From Dehalococcoidales bacterium (lineage in GTDB: Bacteria > Chloroflexota > Dehalococcoidia > Dehalococcoidales > BS750m-G39): a stretch of 46,603 nt of DNA. How positions within the stretch are numbered: position 1 is the stretch's first letter; each line of letters starts with the position of its first letter. The stretch is taken from NCBI GenBank assembly GCA_034409905.1, contig DAOUMR010000081.1, positions 1-46,603 of the forward strand, written 5' to 3'. Of the stretch, positions 42,405 through 46,603 are shown piece by piece. The notes beneath the pieces are model-generated. The model saw only the letters and a program-made list of their open reading frames with translations, was not told the DNA's origin and searched no databases. The position numbers were made by a program, and so were the translations under genes.

Positions 42405-45320
42405 CTACAGCTTCGAGACCTTAATCACCAGCAAAACCATCACGATGACCATGGCTATCATCACTACCAGGAAGACCAGCATTATGACACCGCCCATGGG
42501 CGTCAGCCAGTCCAGCCAGCCGGAGTTTTCGGGTTCGGGCGTGGGCGCCTCCGCTACCGTGCCGGCCGGGGGTGAAGGCTCGGACTCGGTGCTGAAGGCG
42601 CTGACGGCGCTCCAGGCGCTGCAGCTATCGGCGCTGACCGCCCTTACCTTCCAGTAATAAGTCGTGTCGTAGTTCAGCGATATATTGCACTGCCAGGCGG
42701 TAGCGGGCAGGGCATAGTCGTCCGTCTTCAAGATGGTGGGGTTATCGAAGGTGGCTATGGTGGAGACCATCAGCTCGTAGCTGTCGGCGCCAGCGATAGC
42801 GCTCCACTGGAATATCGGCTCGATGGGCACCCCGGTGGCGCCAGCGGGGGGACTTTCCAGCCGTGGGGCGGGCGCCTCGGTACCCATGGGGGTGCAAAAC
42901 GACCACTTCTCCGACCAGGGGCTCAAATTCGGCTCGATAGCCCTCACCCGCCAGTAGTAGGTGGTGGCGGGGGAAAGGTCGACAAGGTGCACCGAGCTGC
43001 CCTGGGTGGTGCCCTCAAAGCCTTCGGGGAGGCTGGAAAAATCGGTCTCGTAGTTAAGCTGCCACTGGTAGGCGGTGGCGCCGGGCAGCGATTCCCAGTC
43101 GAGGCTTATGTTCATGACCGCATTATCAACGAGCATGCCCACCCCCGGTGCCCCGTCAGACGGTGAGAGCAGGGTGACGGGCGCGGTCAGGCCGTCGCTA
43201 TAGCTCACCACCTTGGTATTTTCGCTGTCCACCGACCAGAGCTGTTGCCCGTGTAGCCATAGCCCCACCAGCTTTGCCCCCTCATCCAGCCCCCGGGTGA
43301 CGCTTTCAAAGCTCGGCCCCAGCGGGTAGCTCGGGTTCAGGCAGCGCTCCATGCCGCCGTCGGCAGCGGAGTTGGGGGCGTAAAGCGTCCCCTCGGCAGA
43401 GACTATCAGTCCATCAATCACGCCCTCGGCGAGACTATCGATAGCTCCCCAGTCATCGCTCTTACCAGTGATAAAGCGGTAGATGGCGCTTGAATTATTC
43501 AGGTCATCTTTGCAGTGGCTGGCGGCATAGACGGTGTTATTGTGGCTGTAGCCCGGGTCAAAGGCGACGGTTATTTCATTGAGAGCCGTTGCCTCCGTTA
43601 TTAAATCAGGCAGTGGCTCACCCAGCGGGTCGAACGACTTACCGTTATCCTTTGACAAGTAGACCCAGCCGTCCTTGTTGCCCACCAGCAGGGTCTCATC
43701 CTGGCTGTAGTTGGGCGAAAGGACAATGGAGTTTAAGGAGCTGTCGCCGATCACTGACCCTAAGGAGTAGCTCAAGCCGCTGTTGGTGGCGTGGTAGACC
43801 CGCCCGTTAGCCCCGTCGTAGCCGCCGATAAACCAGGTGCTGTCGTCGACCACCGCCCAGGCGTCTACGGGCAGGGGAGTGCCGCGGCGGGTAAAGCTCT
43901 GCCCGTCATCGCTTGACTTCCATATTGAAGGGCTGCCGTTGCCAGCGCCAGCCAATAAAACTACCCGGTTATCATCGTCGTATTGAGGGCAAAGCGCCAC
44001 CCGTTCCAGTGCATCGGGCAAGCTGGTGCAATAGACCCTCTCCCAGGCCCCGTCCCGGCGGCGCCAGAGGCTGTGCCCGCCCCCGTCCCGGTGGGTGAGC
44101 ATGAACAGGGTGTCATCACTGGGCGAAGGCGCCAGGTCGATAATATCACTGATTTCAGTGTCAATCAGGCTGGTCTGGTTCCAGGTCAGGCAACCGTCAC
44201 GGCTGACGGAAAAGGCGCTTTCGGTGCCGCTGGTGGCGGCGTAGGCAACCCCGCTGTCGCTGAAATCGGCGGAAACAGCCACATAGACGGCCCCATCGCC
44301 CGTGGGCGCTTTCCGGCTTGGCTGCCAGCTCTCCCCGGCATCGGGGCTGTACCAGAGCTGGCCGTTAGTTCCCCCCGCCACCAGCTCCCGGCCCTCGGCT
44401 ATATCCAGGCTTACGATTTCGGCGTCCGGCCCCAGGTCGCGAGCGCCCCCCTCGTTCACCCGGTAGACCCCGCCCTTAGCGCCAGAGCTTACCCCGACAA
44501 AGAGCTCGTAGAGAATATCGAAATCGCTGGGAAAAACAATTCGGCTGGCGCTGCTTACCTCAAAATTGGTGGCGTTATCCTCAAGCAGCTCGGTGCGCTC
44601 AGACCAGCCGCCGATAGCGCTATCGTTGTTGATGATGTAGCTGTGGTTTTCGTCGCTGGCCAGCGCTACCAGCCGTAAGCTGTGGTCGAAGCCGGGCGGG
44701 CAGGCGATGGCATAGATGTCGTAGCCCTCCGCCATCATATCCCTCCACCCCGCCCCGAAATCCCCCTCGGTGAGGTAATAGACGCCGCCGTACTGGCCCG
44801 GGTCGCTGTCGGCGGTGCCGATAAAGACTATGGGGTGGTTACCGTCGTGGCCGATGTCTAGGCAGGCAATCCTCTCGTTGGCATCCAGGGCGGGCAGCGT
44901 GCCCTCGCTCAATGACTCAAAGACTTCCCCGTCACGTGACCTATAGACACGGCTGCCGTCGGTGAGATAGATGGTCTCGGTGTCGCCGGGGCAGACGATA
45001 TCGACCACCGCCTCCCCCTCGTAATCCGTCTCCGCCCAGCTTAAGCCCCCGTCCTCCGACCGCATCAGGCGGCTCTCCCCATCGAGCCTATTGACGTAGA
45101 TAACTCCCGCCGCCAGGCTCAATTTTGAAAGGTCCGAACCCGGAGCCAGCCCCCACCCCCCAGCTCTCCCCTCGGCGGGTGTAGCCACTTCTGACCACTC
45201 GGCTATATCTGTCTCGGCGGCAACGGCGACTGCCGAGGCGAGCAGTCCCACCACCACTAGTATACCCAGAGCTGTTAATTTTGCCATTTGGCGAAAGGGG
45301 GAGTTCCATTTTAGAGGCAA
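42405..45320 (-). CDS. Large secreted Asp-box (BNR) beta-propeller protein with two FN3-like domains and a C-terminal TM anchor
   Basis: Signal/TM segment KLTALGILVVVGLLASAVAVA. Repeated SxDxGxxW/F boxes (SEDGGLSW, SPDAGESW, SRDGCLTW, SSDDGQSF, SKDNGKSF). FN3-like TTYYWRVRA and TTYYWKVRA. C-terminal helix IMLVFLVVMIAMVIVMVLLVI. Confidence 0.8.
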   Translation of the reverse strand: MPLKWNSPFRQMAKLTALGILVVVGLLASAVAVAAETDIAEWSEVATPAEGRAGGWGLAPGSDLSKLSLAAGVIYVNRLDGESRLMRSEDGGLSWAETDYEGEAVVDIVCPGDTETIYLTDGSRVYRSRDGEVFESLSEGTLPALDANERIACLDIGHDGNHPIVFIGTADSDPGQYGGVYYLTEGDFGAGWRDMMAEGYDIYAIACPPGFDHSLRLVALASDENHSYIINNDSAIGGWSERTELLEDNATNFEVSSASRIVFPSDFDILYELFVGVSSGAKGGVYRVNEGGARDLGPDAEIVSLDIAEGRELVAGGTNGQLWYSPDAGESWQPSRKAPTGDGAVYVAVSADFSDSGVAYAATSGTESAFSVSRDGCLTWNQTSLIDTEISDIIDLAPSPSDDTLFMLTHRDGGGHSLWRRRDGAWERVYCTSLPDALERVALCPQYDDDNRVVLLAGAGNGSPSIWKSSDDGQSFTRRGTPLPVDAWAVVDDSTWFIGGYDGANGRVYHATNSGLSYSLGSVIGDSSLNSIVLSPNYSQDETLLVGNKDGWVYLSKDNGKSFDPLGEPLPDLITEATALNEITVAFDPGYSHNNTVYAASHCKDDLNNSSAIYRFITGKSDDWGAIDSLAEGVIDGLIVSAEGTLYAPNSAADGGMERCLNPSYPLGPSFESVTRGLDEGAKLVGLWLHGQQLWSVDSENTKVVSYSDGLTAPVTLLSPSDGAPGVGMLVDNAVMNISLDWESLPGATAYQWQLNYETDFSSLPEGFEGTTQGSSVHLVDLSPATTYYWRVRAIEPNLSPWSEKWSFCTPMGTEAPAPRLESPPAGATGVPIEPIFQWSAIAGADSYELMVSTIATFDNPTILKTDDYALPATAWQCNISLNYDTTYYWKVRAVSADSCSAWSAVSAFSTESEPSPPAGTVAEAPTPEPENSGWLDWLTPMGGVIMLVFLVVMIAMVIVMVLLVIKVSKL

Positions 45321-45354
45321 AACTGACTGAAGTCAATAGGTCGGGCAAAAAGAA

Positions 45355-45392
45355 GAGCCCCCCTTCTTGAAGGGGGGCTCTTGCTATCCGCT
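45355..45392 (-). terminator. Rho-independent terminator
   Basis: On the minus strand, an 11-13 bp stem AAGAGCCCCCC/GGGGGGCTCTT followed by CTTTTTG. It lies between the two large surface-protein genes. Confidence 0.7.
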
Positions 45393-45417
45393 TGAAGTGT
45401 TATTCTTCTAGCTTAGA

Positions 45418-46603
45418 TCAGGGTACTCTCCTGGTCGTTACTATCAGAATAATCACCGCAATCGTCAACGCGCCACCAATGCCGATTATCACCCAGATCC
45501 AGGTGGGTGTAATCTCTTCGATGATCACGTCAACCGGTTCCACCGGTGCGACTGGAGCTGCGGGCTCGTCCATAGTGCTGAAGAGGCAGTAAGTCCAGCC
45601 TGAGTAAACGCCGTCCTTGACCGCTCTCACCCTCCAGTAGTAGGTGGTGGAGTAGTCGAGCTCAGGAACGCCGTCCCACGCATTGATGGTGGGCGTACCT
45701 GAAGCGAGGACAGTGGCGAAGTCCTCAGTCAGAGATACCTCGATGTCGTAGCCCGTAGCGAGAGTAACGGCGGACCAGGAGAAGTTAGGCGTAAGGGTGA
45801 TACCCTCCGCGCCGCACTCAGGAGAACAGAAGGTAGTCGCGCTAAGAGCTGTGTCGAACGAGCGCAGGTCTGACCACTTGCTGCACACCGGCGAGTCACA
45901 GGCAACCCTGACCTTCCAGAAGTACTTGGTACCTGCTGTCAGGTTCGGAATGGTGATGCAGGTCGCCGTGGTGGTCGAAACCGTCAGCGTTACCGGCTTC
46001 ATCTCGAGAGGATTGAGACACTCGGGGCACTCTTCGTAGAGTTTAAACTCGTACAGAGTAGCGCCGTCAAGCGCCTCCCACTCGATAGTGGCCGTGGTGG
46101 AAGTCGCCAGCAGGGCTCCGTCAGCCGGAGACACCTGGATTACCTGTGTTGCCAGCGGGTCCTCCCACATCCAGATGTAGTCGGTGGGGCACTGCGGCTC
46201 CCTGACGCCGTCATCTTCGATGACCCAGAGCATGTTGCTCGCGGCCGTCAGCCACAGGTCATCGGGATAGACGCCGTAATAGTTGCCCAGAGCATATCCG
46301 GACCAGGGGTGCAGTATCGAGATAGGCCCGAGAACTCCGGCTTGCAGGAACTCCCACTCGACCAGTGCCGGGTACAGAGGTGGCATCGGGTCCATCGGGT
46401 TCACCGTGCGCCAGACGCCCGTCGGGTGCGCAGCCGTAACCGATGTGACAGTGGCTATCAAGTGACTGCTGATAACCTCGAAGGCGCTTCCTGCCGGACC
46501 ACAGGTTTCACAGGTAAGGGCGAGTGTTTCGGCAACATGAACCGTGCCGATGCCTCCGTTGACGAGACCCAGAACGGTGATGTCACCGGCAATGCCGCCG
46601 GTC
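45418..46603 (-). CDS. Partial surface protein with FN3-like domains and a C-terminal TM anchor; the 5' end lies outside the window
   Basis: The frame stays open from 46461 to the window edge; I translated it by hand and found no stop. TKYFWKVRV and TTYYWRVRAV FN3-like motifs. C-terminal helix WIWVIIGIGGALTIAVIILIV plus TTRRVP. Confidence 0.75.
   Translation of the reverse strand, partial: TGGIAGDITVLGLVNGGIGTVHVAETLALTCETCGPAGSAFEVISSHLIATVTSVTAAHPTGVWRTVNPMDPMPPLYPALVEWEFLQAGVLGPISILHPWSGYALGNYYGVYPDDLWLTAASNMLWVIEDDGVREPQCPTDYIWMWEDPLATQVIQVSPADGALLATSTTATIEWEALDGATLYEFKLYEECPECLNPLEMKPVTLTVSTTTATCITIPNLTAGTKYFWKVRVACDSPVCSKWSDLRSFDTALSATTFCSPECGAEGITLTPNFSWSAVTLATGYDIEVSLTEDFATVLASGTPTINAWDGVPELDYSTTYYWRVRAVKDGVYSGWTYCLFSTMDEPAAPVAPVEPVDVIIEEITPTWIWVIIGIGGALTIAVIILIVTTRRVP

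Overview
GC-rich bacterial chromosome segment. Gene content and surface-protein architecture suggest Chloroflexota, possibly Dehalococcoidia-like; that placement is low-confidence inference. Most of the window is housekeeping: tRNA-Ser, ybeY, pyrD, lspA, rluD-like, gltX, mutM, polA, argF, der, plsY, gpsA, and the heat-shock operon hrcA-grpE-dnaK...dnaJ with a CIRCE operator. Many gene junctions overlap by 4 or 8 nt. Two things stand out. (1) Several short islets look AT-rich by eye against GC-rich flanks and carry orphan genes with no mobility genes. They are a DpnI-like methyl-directed restriction enzyme beside tRNA-Ser; a palm-domain cyclase-like orphan next to a small DUF5658-type membrane protein; a divergent pair (57-aa 2-TM protein plus 247-aa TM-anchored protein) upstream of gltX; a 223-aa helical orphan between two CoA-transferase paralogues; and small genes wedged between dnaK and dnaJ. 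(2) A family of modular intergenic repeats has 11 copies (counted by eye) of a CCCACCC-N4-6-CCCACCC core. Three loci form 290-320 bp MITE-like inverted pairs, and most copies lie next to the AT-rich islets or inside the heat-shock operon. My best candidate for an undescribed system is the cyclase-like gene with its small TM partner at 3077-4307, but this rests on motif reading only. All protein family calls come from motifs recognised by eye; no database search was run.
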